In this document: piece after piece, positions 38,287 to 53,200 of the stretch
Position numbering within the stretch: the first letter of the stretch is position 1
How the letters are laid out: each line of letters starts with the position of its first letter
NCBI GenBank assembly: GCA_903813345.2
Contig: CAIIXF020000001.1
Location: 30,008,001 to 30,072,000 of the forward strand
Origin: Owenia fusiformis
Lineage: Eukaryota
Direction of reading: 5' to 3'
DNA length: 64,000 bases
The notes under the pieces: generated by a model
Database searches by the model: none
What the model was told of the DNA's origin: nothing
The model's input: the letters and a program-made list of their open reading frames with translations, nothing else
Made by a program: the position numbers and the translations under genes

Positions 38287-41200
38287 TTATTTCATTCCAT
38301 TTTCTTTTGATTTATCATTGAAGTCTTTCATTGTTTCATCAAAATTCTCCCCATCCTCTTTCAGTTGTGAATCTTCTGGGTCAATGAAGCCATTCATGAC
38401 AAGATATTTTGTGACAACATTCTCCCAATTAATAACCTCATCTATACGCAATGGACTCCGATTGCCACCATTTTCTTGAATTCTTAAAAATCCACCTGAA
38501 AGAAACAAGTCACATTTCCAGGTCAAAGTTGGGAAAAATAGTCATATCATACATAGGCAAAATGTAAAACCAAGAAAATTTTGAATTCAAAAATGTCAAA
38601 AATCAACAAAATTGCATAAAATTTTGAGAAATGTTCTGTGGTTAACAGCAAGCTAAACATACTGAAACTAGTGCAGGCGATCACATTACAAGTCATTGAA
38701 AAACTCTCTGTAAAGATTGACACTATATGTGCCAGTCAAACTTTGGAAGAATTGAAGAATCGATGCATAGCACTTGAGTAGAATAAATCAGTCACAATGC
38801 ATTGAGTCTACTTGGGCTTCAATTCTTTTCACACATTGCAAAATATTTTATACAATATCACTTAAAAGATGCAAAATGACTTAATAATATATTTTCAAAG
38901 AAACTTTTTGCAAGGGTCAACTTGTCACCTTGACAACCATTCAACACTTACCAGTTGACCTGCATAAGCACATGGCTTGTTATTCCCTTTGGGACTATTT
39001 ATAGATTTTTACTCAACTATAAAATTGATCAGCTCATCGGTTTCATTAGCTTCATTAAAATCTAAAATGACCTTGGGCGGGTTATTGGTTATACAATGCA
39101 ATGCAATTTTATGAAATGGCGGAATATGAAATGTTCTGATTGACTGGAATTGGACAACCTTGCCTTGCTATGTGTGAATAGTATATAAATACTGTATTAG
39201 ATTAGTACCTTCAGGGGCAACCTGGGTGGCCCTTCGTACAACATTCCTCAACCAATTAGCCCCAGAGTGTGCAGCATGTATGTCAACCGATTTGTTGTCT
39301 GAGAATGTGTCCATGTCTTCTTCCTCAGCCATGTACTCACTTGCATGTCCACTAAACAATTTACCTGCAATACAAAAAAACATAAGATGTAAAATGTCAC
39401 CACCTAGTTGCTCACAATATAATGAGTTCAATCTTAAGTCAGATTTGAATTTCTGAGAACTTGTAGATGATAAAGAAAAAATCAATTGGTCAATTTGAAG
39501 CTAGTTGAAAAAAGACCTTTTTGAACATAAGAATGTCATTGAATGTGAAATCTCAAATCTAGATTTGAATTTCTGAGATCGTTTTGAAAAAAATTGGTCA
39601 ATTTGAAGCAAGATGGAAAGAACTTTTTGACCTTGAGAAGGTCATCGAAGGTCAAATCTTTTTTGACCTTGAGTACGACATTGAATGTCAAATCTATAGT
39701 CAGATTTGAACTTCTGATAACTTGTAGATGATTTTGAAAAAAATAGGACCCACGGTCCTGTGCTCACACAGTTTGGAACCTTCAGAGGAATGTATATCCT
39801 GACTTTCAAACAAAAATATTGATTTGGATTTGTAGTCTCGAACTTTGAGAAACTTAGACAGCACACAGTTGTGTGACCTAGTTTGATGACCTTTGACCTT
39901 GAAAATTATACTTATTTAGAGCTCAGTAAGGTCTTTTGTGATTAAGCTGACCAAAATTTAAATCCAAAAATCAATTTAAAAAATCAACTTTTTTGACCTT
40001 TCAAAGGTCACTGAAGGTCAAGGAAAGGTCAAATCCTAAAACTAATGTCAGATTTGAACTCCTGGTAACTTGTAGATGATTTTCAAAAAGAATTTGGTCA
40101 AATTGAAGCAATTTGAAAAATAACTTATTTTTACTGTTTTTTGATGTCAAATATCTCAAAAATGGTAAAAATTTGATGCTGACATATATTAAGCAATATG
40201 TAGGGAATGCTTAAATATAGATATGATGTAATTCATTGCAAGAAATGATCAAGTATAAGGAAAACTCTGAGAAACATGTCAATCACAAAACCTGCCATTG
40301 ACTTTATACAGAAGAAAGTTTCCTGAAAATGATGAAGTCCTACTTTTTGTCAAATTTTATAGAGTAAACACCAAAAACTGTAATTCCAAGAGCTTTGAAA
40401 TCTTCAGAGGACATAAGTTGCATATACAGCAACTACTGCAAGTTATTTGAAAGTTCTACTTCAACAAAGTGTCTAGTATTTACAGAAAAGTTGACCTTTT
40501 GACGTCAAAATCAGCAATTTCTTGGAAACCGGGCGAACTTGGGAAATGGCGATGATAGGTCAAATAGGCATTATGGATATGCATAAAATGACTGTGGGTA
40601 GGACTCAATCCGAATAGCAGTTTTAATTTGTGCGGCCAATGTTGACGGACGGATGGACGGACCAACGGACGGACGGACCGACGGACGGACGCCTGGTCGA
40701 TCCCAAAGGCTCACTGTGTGAGCCAAAAAGATTGGTCAATTTGAAGCAAGTTGAAAATAGACCTTTCTTGACCTTGAAAAGGTCATTGAAGGTCAAATCC
40801 TTTTTGACCTTGAGAATGTCATTGAATGTCAAAACTATAGTCAGATTTGAACTTTTGAGAACTTGTAGATGATTTTGAAAAAAAATGGTCACTTTGAAGC
40901 AAGTTGAAAAACAACCTTTTTGACCTTTTTTGACCTTGAGAAGGTCATCGAAGGTCAAATCTCAAATCAAAAGTCAGATTTGAACTTCTGCTAAATTGTA
41001 GATGATTTTGAAAAAAAGATTAGTCAATTTGAAGCAAGTTGAAAAAGACCTTTTTGTTACTTTGAAAGGGTCAAATCTTTTTGACCATGAAAATGTCATT
41101 GAATGTCAAAACTAAAGTCAGATTTGAACTTCTGAGAACTTGTAGATGATTTTGAAAAAAATTGAAGTCAGTCTAAACAGTATTTGTTAAGTAATGTAAT

Positions 41201-44200
41201 CTATCTAGACATGAATAAGTGAACACAAAGGGATTGAATGAATAAGTGAACACAAAGGGATTGAATGAATAAGTGAACACAAAGATAGAAACAGTAGAAA
41301 CAGGCAAAACTTGTAACTGTATCTTTTCGAGTGAGTTCATATCTCTCTTCGGTCATGTTCTCATTGGCATCATACATGTCATATAACCTAGGCTATTTAA
41401 TAATCAACTAACTTTGTCCACAAAATGATAGATGGGTTACATTAACTGAACTCACCTCTGTGTTTGTAGAAGATCCTGATATACTGGAACAGCTTGGTGA
41501 AGAGATTCAATGGTGATGGGGTTGCAGATGTCTTATTCATATTTCTAATCAACTTAGCCCTCCCAAACTTCCACTCAGTGTCTGACTGTGCCTGAATTCG
41601 TTGATACGTGTCTGACATCATAGCTATGAGCAGATTGATCAACACAATCAGTGTAACGATAAGGTAAATTCCAAATACAGCTTTGACTAATGTAATTGAC
41701 CATACTGGGCTCCTGTTTATTGGTGGTAGGTTTTCTGGCTCTACGAGGCCAAATAGAGCGAAGAAAAGTAGCTCTAAAGTGTCGAGAGGGCTGTCAACTT
41801 GGGCACCTCCTCCTCCTGTACCATCTCCCAGTGTCACATTATAAGTGGGCTCAGCAAAAACTGGTTGGTATATTGCTGCTAGATGGAGGGTAAATCCAAG
41901 AATAAATATTGAAAGGATCACCATGAATCTGGTTAAGTCTTTCATGAGGTCTCTGATGATAATTGCCCATGGTCCAAACAGATGATGGAATGATAAGAAG
42001 TCTAGTACAGTCACAAAGCAGAGTAATAAAGCGAATCCAAAGAATTGATTCCTGACATATAAACACACAAGTCTGTCTTCGCCTGAGAAGGCAAATCCGA
42101 TGATGTGGATTGTAACAGCCATAGCACTTATGGCGACGATGATAACCTTGATCCAACCAAGTCCAGCTCGGTCTCCAGGGTTTGTCAACTCAGATACCAG
42201 CATCCCAGAGAGCCATGCTAATAACAGCCATTCATACCAGGTTGGTATGAGACTCTCAGATTCCCAGATTGGTCGTAGAGGGTAGACAATTGTCAGGAAG
42301 TAAAGTAATATTAAATATATATGAGAGACTAGATACGCCATGAACTTTATAATAGGGATTTTGTTAAACCGATGGCGCAATGGTAGAGAAAACGCAATCC
42401 ATACTGGAGGGAGGAAGAGAAATGCCATGAACAGCATAATTCGTTTCCAAGATGCCCAGCGCAGGTTCCCCACCCATACATCAGATAAATATTTTTGTAC
42501 TGATGGTTGAGACATCACATGTTTTTGTTCACATTCTATTAAAACATCCAAAAATGGTGTTCCTTTACTATCGAGAGCTTTCAATAGCATTCCTGCAGAG
42601 TTGCCACTAGCAGCTATTGACATTATATCCACAGCCATTGATTCACAGTATTCACTGGCCAGAGTCAGATCCTTGGAACGTTCCTTCTCCTTGAAGGACA
42701 ATATAATGAAGTTTTTAGCCATCTTTGCTGCTGTATCTGCTGGTGCAGGTGAGAGGAGGATGAACTCTCGGATGCTGCGATTGTCATTCATCTTGCTGAG
42801 GACCATCAGATCAAACACAAACTGAAAACCACAAAAGAGAAATAGTCGCCATCTGAATCCTATTTTTGAGTGAATCATCAAGAATAAACAACACTGAACA
42901 TGTACAGATTTTTGGGGTAAAATCATTTATTTGGACTTTCATATAATGCACAAATTACATTTTAGGAATAGCAAAATTTACGTACATAAAATTGCATTTC
43001 AATGGACATATCATTTTAAAGTACAGGTCTAGGAACAATATGATCAAGCAATCAACCATGCAGTACATGTCTTCTTTAAATGTGAAATATCATACTTCTA
43101 TGGTTTATAAATGGTTTGTCACCAAAGTTGCCCAATGAGCTTATGAAGAATCATCACCTTATTATCTTGCATCAAGCGCTCAGTATTGTGATCTTTCTTC
43201 ATAAGGAAGCTCACTACATCACTATGGTTGGCTGATGCTGCAAAGTTGACAGCAACCTTGCCATCTTTGGATTCATAATTAGGAGATGCACCACTCTCTA
43301 TAAGCAGTTTAACAACACTCAGGAAGCCTGCCTTGGCAGCAAAGTGAAGGGCTGTCCATTGATTCTGAAATATAAGACCATATAGCATAAGTATACAATG
43401 TCATGTATATGTACCTATAATGAATGTTCAAAATTGGATTGAGTTGGGGTTTGCAGGGTATAACTACATTTTCATTTATCATTTAATAGACTACTGATTA
43501 CTCTGGTAAATATGATACATGCACATGTCATTTTTTAATTCAAATTGAATCTTATTTCAATTAGCATCTTAAAAAGCACAGGTAACATCTTAGAAGAGAA
43601 TGTTCCTATAATAAAACTTTCAGAGATATATTCAGGTGTTCATACTTTATCACAGCTGTTAATATCAGCCCCCTGGCCAAGTAAGAGAGACACCAGATCC
43701 AAATGGCCATTAGCTGCAGCCAGGTGGAGTCCTGTCCTGCCTCGTTTGTCCTTGAGGTGCAACTGGTTGGTGGATTTACTGAGTAGTAGACTGACCACAT
43801 TTGTATGTCCACTCTGACAGGCATTGTGGAGAGGTATTGCACCCTGAAATATGGATAGCATAAGAGGCTAATCCTAATGATGCAACTTATACATTATTGA
43901 TATCTACAGACTTGCAATTATATGTACTACATACATACCAATTTTCAATTGTGTTCTCAATTATTTTGGTAAATAATAGCAAATAACTTTCCTGACTTCT
44001 TTGTTCACTACAGGCTTAATCAATTATATGCTGGAGTATACTTTTAATAAAGATTGGACTATAGTATAAGCAGTAGTATTGTCACCAGGGATTGTCACCT
44101 CATGCATTCATGTTTACGGCAAGCTACTGTCACAGCTGCTAAAATATTATATTCAAGCTTTAGAAATAAAAAGCACCCAGCACACATTTTCTATGAAGTG

Positions 44201-47200
44201 AAAAATGTCTGTTTGAGTATTTCAGTCATACCTGTACTGCAGTCTGAGCATCTGCCTGAACCCCTGGAGAGTTGAGAAGCAGACGAACCAAAGCCTCCTG
44301 TCCTGACTGGGCTGCAAGATGGAGTGGGGTCAAGCCAAACTGAAGTGAGAATAAAACAATGAATCTTGGACAATCTTTGTCAATGGCAGAACGATTAAGC
44401 TTCTTGTATTTTGTAGAGGTGTATGTTCATGAATTTAGAAAATGAGTACATATAGCATTTGCACAAACTAAAGTCATGGTCCAAAATAGGACATCATATT
44501 TTCATAAATAACACAATACACATAATAATCATGTGAAATTTATTTTTTAACTTGTTTAGTGTACTTCTACTTAATTTGGTGGCCGTTTCTTTCTTTTTTA
44601 TTTTAGAAATGTTTTCATTTACTGCTACTCACCTCTGTTGATCCGACCATGCCTTCACCAGGGTCTGGAGGTTCACTGCTGATTGTAGCGGGAACCTTTG
44701 TAAGTAGCTCCCTCACAAACTCTATCTGGCCAAAGTGTGCTGCTACATGTAGACATGTCATACCCGTCTGAAACATAAAATACACCAGAGGTGTCAAACA
44801 GAACTTCATTTTCAGCATCAGCAACTGTTACTTGCTAGAGAGCCTTATTTGAGTTTGAGTTATAAGCTATGATGTTATTGGTATGCTGCCTATGCATGCC
44901 TGAGTTTATAATAATGTTGTTAATAGTCAACAAATAAACTGTGATGTGAAATCTAGAAAATCTATTACCTTTGAACTTGTCATGGTCCAGGAGACATGTC
45001 CCTTTAGAGCCTCTAGAATGTTAACATGACCATGCTTTGCTGCTAGGTGAATAGCAGTCATACCATCCTAAAACACAAAAATGGTACCATTCAGAAGAGT
45101 CATGTGGTTATTCTGTATGATAATTCCTTCATACACCAATTATTTGGTATGCATGAAGGTATACTTTATGAAAACTTCTTTTGGGTTTCATCATTTTTCA
45201 TAATATTTTTGTGGTCACTGCAAATATAGGTCAAATTGCAAAAGTAGGTCAAATTACTAAAGGATTTAAGCACTGGACGCAATGCATTGTGGGCTGATTC
45301 ATTCCATTAAGGATTTGTTTCCAGACCTTTTCATAAATGCAATCCCATTATCTGAATATTTTTTTCTACAAATTACAAAAGTAGCTTCCTTTAAAATTGA
45401 TATTTGCTAACAAAGCATAATAGACTTTTACCCCTCTCTTGACACATAATTAATTGTGTTTGTGCCAACTTTGTGGATGCACCATATATTAACCTCGTCC
45501 ATAACAATAACCTTTTATGTTTCATCCATTGTATTCCTACATTTTGATAATAAATCTGGTACTTACAGCATTTTCATCAGTTGCAGATGCCCCAGCCTCT
45601 AGCAGACATTTTACTACTATCTGATGACCTCCTGCAGCGGCCAGATGGAGGGCAGTGGAATTGTTCGTCTGGAAAAAATCATTCATTAAAACTAAGAGCT
45701 GAGAAATGTTTTCATTTATTTTTTAAAAAACTATACATCAAATGAAAATTAATTCAAAATAGACCAGCTCTTGTTTTACATTTCTGAGACAGTTAACAAT
45801 AAACATATATTTTTTATTCCTTTCCAAAGTGTAAACTAAAATAATATCTGAAACATTCAATTGATACATTATGGATTTTGTTTTTAGTTTATGGATTCAA
45901 GTCAGTTACTGTTACATGGTAAGTGGTTACACTTCACAAATACACCTTAGAGGAAAAGATCTTACCCTATTTCTTGCTGTAGTAACAACAATCTTATTGA
46001 ATCGCATTAGTTCCTTCAGTACAGATATACTACCCTTGATGGCTGCAATGTGGGCGCATGTCATACCATTCTGGAATATTAATCATATATGTACGGTAAA
46101 CCCTGGGCATCTGAACACCCCTATTCTGAACACCTCTCAATGTTATCCCTTTTTGGTCCTATTTTTCAATCTGCCATAGACTTTCATGTTGAATTGTGAA
46201 CATCTGCCAATCTGACCACTTTTGAATAGTCCAGGAGGGATTCAAATTAGACTGATTTTGCTTCACCTATACTGCAATTGGTTGCTGTAATGCAAGTGTA
46301 TTTCACACCATTCTGGGGGAAATATTTCTTTTTATTCAAAATGAAGAATAAGGTTCAATAAAACCTGCTTGGACTTGTTATACTTTCCACAAAAAAAAGT
46401 TCATCTACAATTTGTTTTATCAGGACATCATGTTAATTAACTCACTCATTAAGCATTAATGCTAATTCTAATACAATATGTGATGTAACAATAAACAGAA
46501 AAGTTGCATAGAAGGTTACAGCATGAGATGTGACATTTGAATTCAAAGAGCTTTCTTATATTATATTTTCATATATATTCTTTCATATCTGAGATTAAGA
46601 AACTATTCAGTATTTTTCTAATCTCAGATTTTAACAGTCAGAAAAATCAGAGGTCCTATATTGCCACATAAATCATAATTGAGGTCTTAATTATATCAGT
46701 TAGTTCATTATAATATTATTTTTCAGAACTGGTGAAACAAGGACTGGGTTCTGTGAATAAAGAGAAAGAGATAGAGGGTTAGTTGTGATTGGCTCTTCAA
46801 ATTTTTACTGTGACCTAGTTGTGATTAATGTTGTGATTAATATTGTGATTAATGTTGTGATTAATGTCTATTTTAGGACTACAGAGGTTCATCCCAAACA
46901 GGGCATCATACTCTACTTACTTCATCCTGTATTTAAATGAAAATAAATCAGTCATAAATACAAAATATATTTTTAATGGGAATAATGAATAAAGAACATG
47001 CATACATAATTAAAATAAAAAATGAAGACAATTAGTTTTCCCTCTGTAACCCTATCATCAATTCAAGAAATATCATTCTATGCGGAAAAGAGAAAAATTA
47101 AATTACATGTCAAAATAAATTTCTCACAAAAATTGGAAACAAAATAAAGAGCATAAAGTCATATCTAATCAAAAATGAGATAAAACCATTCATGGATTCC

Positions 47201-50200
47201 AAATAACTTTATCATCAAAACAAAATGATGTAAGTTGATTAAGTGATGTTTTACTTACAGTGTTTGCCATGGTTACCAGCTCTGGTTTGTGTTTCAGGAA
47301 GAGTTTCACAACATCAGAGTGATCATTCTCCCCAGCAAGATGGAGTGGTGTCTGTCCATGCTGTAAATATGATCACTATTTTATGAATTAATTACATCAC
47401 TGACTTCTCTCGCTAGACGAGAAATAATGTTATTTCGACATGTTCATTGTTGGAAAATATTGAGTTTCGATCTTGAGAGCCAATCCTCCTTGAATTCTAC
47501 CAGAATTATCATTATTTGTCCCACAATGTTAACTCACCACATCCGTAGCATTAGCATCAGCCTTCATCTTAATGAGAGAACTGCAGACTTCTATTTGACC
47601 ATTCTGTGCACCCATGTGTAATGGTGTCTTCTTTGCCTGAAACCAAACACTAGTTGTCAAAATTTAGAAAGCAAATGACAACTACCTTGTTCTTCCACTA
47701 GGGCTCTTACTTTGTTAACATAATATTTAAGAAACTTTATTTTGAGTGAAAAACATGTCAATGTTCAATTATTTTTATTCTATGCAGGGTGTTTCCTAAT
47801 ATCTCCCTCCACTGCCAAATTTCCAATAGATAGTAGATAACACACCAATAGTAGATAACACACCCCTATATATCATATACCATATGAAAGCTTATTCAAT
47901 TGTCTCTATAGAGGATTTTTAAATTTGTTACACATTGCTACAAAAGGTGCCCAATTGACCTATTACCATTACCTATTAACTGGTGTTGAAAGGGGAGTCA
48001 TTATATTGAAAACTCCCTGTAAAGAATGTTAACCAAAACTTAACCAGCACAGTGGAGTCAGTGCAGACTATGTAAACTTGAGAGCTGCTTGGGAGAATAC
48101 ACAAACATAGGACAAGAGCTGAGAACTTACCAGCGACAAAGCATCTATAACAGCTCCGTGTTTCTCAATGAAAAGCTTTATGAGTTTGTTAAAGCCATTC
48201 TGTGCTGCAAGGTGGAGTGGAGATATACCCAGCTTTGATTTAGCATTGACAAATGCCTTGGCCAGTAGGAGTACATCAGCCACCTCATCATGTCCATTTT
48301 CTGCAGCTAGATGCAGAGCTGCTTTACCATGCTGAAGAAGTACAAATGTGCTATATTCTTATTTCTTTGGAATGTACGAGACTATGAGTGTATGAAAGGA
48401 ATATTCCTTGCCAGACCCTTTCTCTCTTGATATGGTAGCTATAATCATATGTATAGTTTCCATATTTAGCAAAACATGGGAAAATGTTTTAATATGGTCA
48501 ATATTGATCTTTTAAAAATCTAGGGCTTATTTCCAGTGAGCTGCCATCTTTTAAGATTTCTTGCAGGAAGTGATGTCATCAACTCTCAACATCTATAACC
48601 TTGCCCATAACAGTATAGGAAAGTAGCACAAAATCACTTCTAGACAAGTGATCATTACTTTCTGTGCAAAAATATTTTCAGGGCTTGTCAACTTAGAATA
48701 AAAGAAGAGATTTTCAGAAGGATTAAATAAGATACAAAGTTGAAAAAGAATATTTAGCTGGTTTTGTAATTCTTAATAGCTCCTCACCTAATGCTATATG
48801 CAAAGTTGAGAGTTGATGACATCACTTCCTTTGTGAAATTTTAAAAGATGGCAGCTTTCAGGAATTGAGCATCACATTTCTAAGTGATCAAATTTGACCA
48901 TATCAAAACATTTTTGCGTGTCTTGCTAAACATGGCAAGCATATATATGGTTATAGCTACCATATGTGGAAAGAGATGGTTTGGCAAGGAATATTCCTAT
49001 GAGCACAATTTGTAATATGCTCAACTTAAATGTACTGTACTAAAATTTTCACCTTGCCCTCTTGTTAAGGGAATATAATTTCGAACCATAGTACAAACTA
49101 AATGATTTTGACCAGTACACTTATTTCAGATGAAAAAAATATACTGTTAGCTTTTACTCTACATCTTCTACATGAGTCAACTGATTGTTATAAATTACTA
49201 ACCTCGTCAAAAACATCAACCCTGGCATGATTTTGCAGTAAGATCTTCACTATTTCTAAATGTCCCTCTTCACTGGCTACAAGCAGAGGTGACCAGCCAT
49301 TCTGCAATGAAGTGTTTTGTTGTTAGACATGTAAGAAGAACTAGACATCTAGATCAGCAGTGTACTTCGACTTCAAATCAACTGGTATTTGAGCGCACAG
49401 AAGAATGAATGTATGGCTTCTCTATATCCCTACTCGAACTTCATTTCGTGGGATAGAAATAGGATTGGATGAAATATCTTTTGTCTATAAATGAACAGGT
49501 AGGGATACAAAGTTGTTATATATTAGGGTTATATTATAGGAGGAGATATGAGGTATTTCCTGAGGGATATAAAGATAGCTTGCTGATAGCCTGGAAAGTC
49601 TGAAGTATAAGATCATTTAAGAGGAAAATACCCAATATCAAAGACCGAACACCACATAACATTTTGATCCTATGACTAGACGAGTGACTTTTAAAGGCCC
49701 CATGTAAAGTTTAAACCACTTTGGCTTATATTGTAGTCTTACCCAATGTTATCAAAGTGTGATATGTGAAACTTTTTTTTTTAATTTCAAAAAGTGGTTT
49801 TTGATAGACTTTTTGTTCCAAAATTTGTGAATTTATTTAAAACCAACTTTACGAGGTCACTCATATCTTCTAATTAGCCACAATTCATACCAATTCATAG
49901 CATTCATCCTCCCATGTTTTTTGCCGAAAAAATTAAGAAAATCGGTTGATAAACAAGCGAGAAATGAACTTATCAGTGCATGAAAATGGTTCTGAGAAAA
50001 ATGTATTTCAAAATTTTAGTTCTCATAGAAACCAATTGTACAATGATATCTAAAACATGATTTATTCTTCCTTTTAACCTGGTTAGACAATCAACATTGG
50101 TTTTTTATGAAAGTCTAGCATATTTAGAAAAGATTGACATTGAAAAAAAAAATTCAATTTTTTCAAAAAGTTTTTGTTACCTTAGTGACATCACTAATGT

Positions 50201-53200
50201 TTCAAAATATTTTTGATAAGCTAAAACATTGAAGTGGCCCATTAAATATGACATTTTATTATTGAAATAGTGTGTCTTTTGTTCAATCTTTGCATTGGTG
50301 TTAAAAAAATAATCTTTTTTGAAATGCATTAAGAAATGTTTGATGATTAAGAAATTTCAACTTTTTTTGAAAAATGGCGGGAAATTTGAATATTTGAGAA
50401 ATTAAATGCTCACAACTTTTTTTTCAAAAATTTTTTTTTGTTCAAAAATCTCTAAAATCACTTTTTAAGTTCTGACAAATAGTAAATGAATGATAAAAAA
50501 ATATTTTCAAACTTTAGACGGGGACTTTAACTAAATAAAAAACAAACACTCATTATGTGGGAACATTTGAGTGGGAAATACACATCAGGAGATACATTGG
50601 GATATATATCACCAGCTTCGCCAAGGTATAGTTTCTATATCCAGTCATAGGACAGAAACTCATATAGGAGGCCAGTTAAATGTTTGAATGTAGATATGTT
50701 TGTTACCTTTGCTTGTTTATTAACAGCTGCCACAAGCTTCTGAGGTTGGATGTTCTTCACTATTTCCATTAGAATATCCTCATTCCCTGCCCTGGCACAG
50801 TAATGAATGGGGGTCTCCTGGGTCTATAATAAAAATGATCACATTTAAGTAACTTACAAAACACATGCAGATGTTTTCTTTCAATTTATCACATCCTAAA
50901 AATGTGAAAATCTAGTTGTAATAATAATTCAGCAAAAAAAAGTTTACAGTTAATTAATCAATACATAAACTTGTATTGCAATGCTAGAAAATGAGATTCA
51001 TTCAAACTGGAGACCTTATTACAAAATTAGATATATGCAATCAAACAATTTTACAAATTACCGGTAAATTCAAAATTAATGAGCTGTATGGGAGGCTTAA
51101 CAGCAGAGAAACTTTCAGGTACAGTTGTACTTACAAGTTTAGTGGACATATTGACATCCCCCTCATACTCCAGCATGAGTTTGATAAGGTCTGTATCTTC
51201 ATACTCTTTGTGTACCATCGTCTTAATGAGCTCTGCAGCAAAGTGAACTGCTGTCTCTCCTTCCTACAATAAAAGTTATGAGTTATAAAAGGTTATGAGT
51301 TTCTAATAAATATGATTTGTCATATGTGATGATGCGTATTTTTCTATCATATAGCTTAAAGGAACAGCATGACACAATAACATTACGTAAATATTTAGTA
51401 ACTATGTGTACAGGTATGTTACAGCTTGTTACATATATTTGTCACTCTATGGCGTCTGCCTTCCTTAATGAATTTCATTTTGATTTTTAACTTGTTAAGT
51501 TGTTAAGGACAGTATAATGTAGAGTTTTCATCAATATTATTATTTTCAGTTTGAGGCAACAAATCTGTTATCATTAGGACTTACAGAATTTTGTTGGTTG
51601 ACTAGCATGATGGCATCAATCTTTGATTTAAACTGGATCATATGACTGAGTAGTTCCTTAGCTACCTCCAGGTGGCAGTAGCGTACAGCGACATGCAGTG
51701 GCGTCTCACCAGACTAAACATATAAACAAAATGAATATGAGATTTATCTTTGCAAGTGTCAAGGATATTGTTTTTCTTTTTCGAGAAATCAACACCAAAT
51801 AACCTTTTACAGGACAGATACAAAACTTGGAATTTTTTGAAGTTGTGTGAAGTAAAAATGGCTAAATACATAAAAGCATGGGCTCATGGGGTTTCCTTTG
51901 AAACCCCCTGATAAAAGCATATGTAAACTTCCTGTAAAACAGATTCTATGTAAACATGACAATGATCTCAAATACTATTATCAGATCAATCATGACACTG
52001 TTACTTCAAGTAAAAATTGATCTTCTGTCTTTGTAATTCTCCTACATCAAATAGAGGGTTATGATGTTTGAAAATGATTTGTTACAGGTATAATTAAAAT
52101 TCAGTGTTGATTAAGATGTTAAAAATCATAAAAACTACTGATTAGTGATTATGTTTTGAACATAACTGCAAAACTTCTACAATAAGCCCTTATAGAAAGT
52201 AGGGGTTTATTCACATTGAAAGCATTGATTATTCTGTCTGTAATTTTACATATACAGTATCATTAGAAGAATGGGAAATATATCCTTGTTGTAAAAAAAC
52301 TGGAGGGAATATTTAACAGTAAGTAGTCTAATGATTTTTAAGAACAAAGATGGGTCCTTAAATGTGTTTATTTCTTGAGATACCTCTAGCTAAATACCCA
52401 AGGTGAATGTTCCATACAAACAAAAACTTATGTCCTTAACACAAAAGTGAGTGGGCTTATTCCCCTTTGGGCAATTATTGACAATTGACCTTTTCCAAAG
52501 AGCAGACAATTCCACAGGCAACATTATCTTTGAATGATTTTTGATTATTAGTATTGTTCCCTCTCTTTCCAAGTCTCCATGGATATATGGGATTCTCTCT
52601 GATGATTCCTGATGATTCCTGATGATTCATGTGACATAAGCCTCTCAAGAGACATTGCATGTGAATAAATATTCCTCTAAAAGATACTATATCTAAAATT
52701 TTCCAAGATAATTATCAAAACTCTCAAGAAGATTATTTTGACCAATCAAAATATGGATCATTAAACTCAGTCATCTGATATAAATCTCTTCTGATATATA
52801 TTTTGAAAAATATTTATACAGAAAATCTCTTTAGTAAAAACATTTTGTAGAAACATAAAAGTGGTCCCCGGGAAGTGGTCATACCTTTGACTGCCATGTT
52901 AAGTCTGCCGCCTCTTCAAGCAAGGTTTGTACCATTCTTAGATTGCCCTCTCTACAACCTATATGGAGGGCAGTCTCCCCATCCTAAAAATAAACAGCAC
53001 TTTATTATCAGTATTAATCACAAAGTAAAGATAAAAGTCAAAATAACTCATCAATGAAATGTCAATAGAAATAGGAAGAAAATAAAATCCCAAAAATTAC
53101 ACATAGAGCTGTATATATTTTAGTTATTTAAATAATACATCTCCTAATGTAGAGTTTTCTCTTATCGTTTCCTGACTAGAAGGCCGGGTCCTCAGTACAT

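Noticed and set aside
41696-42825. Short + strand and alternative-frame ORFs overlapping the TRPN channel exon (similarly 19526-19711, 21147-21749, 31941-32141)
   Set aside because: They are shadow ORFs of real coding exons, with no splice or domain support.
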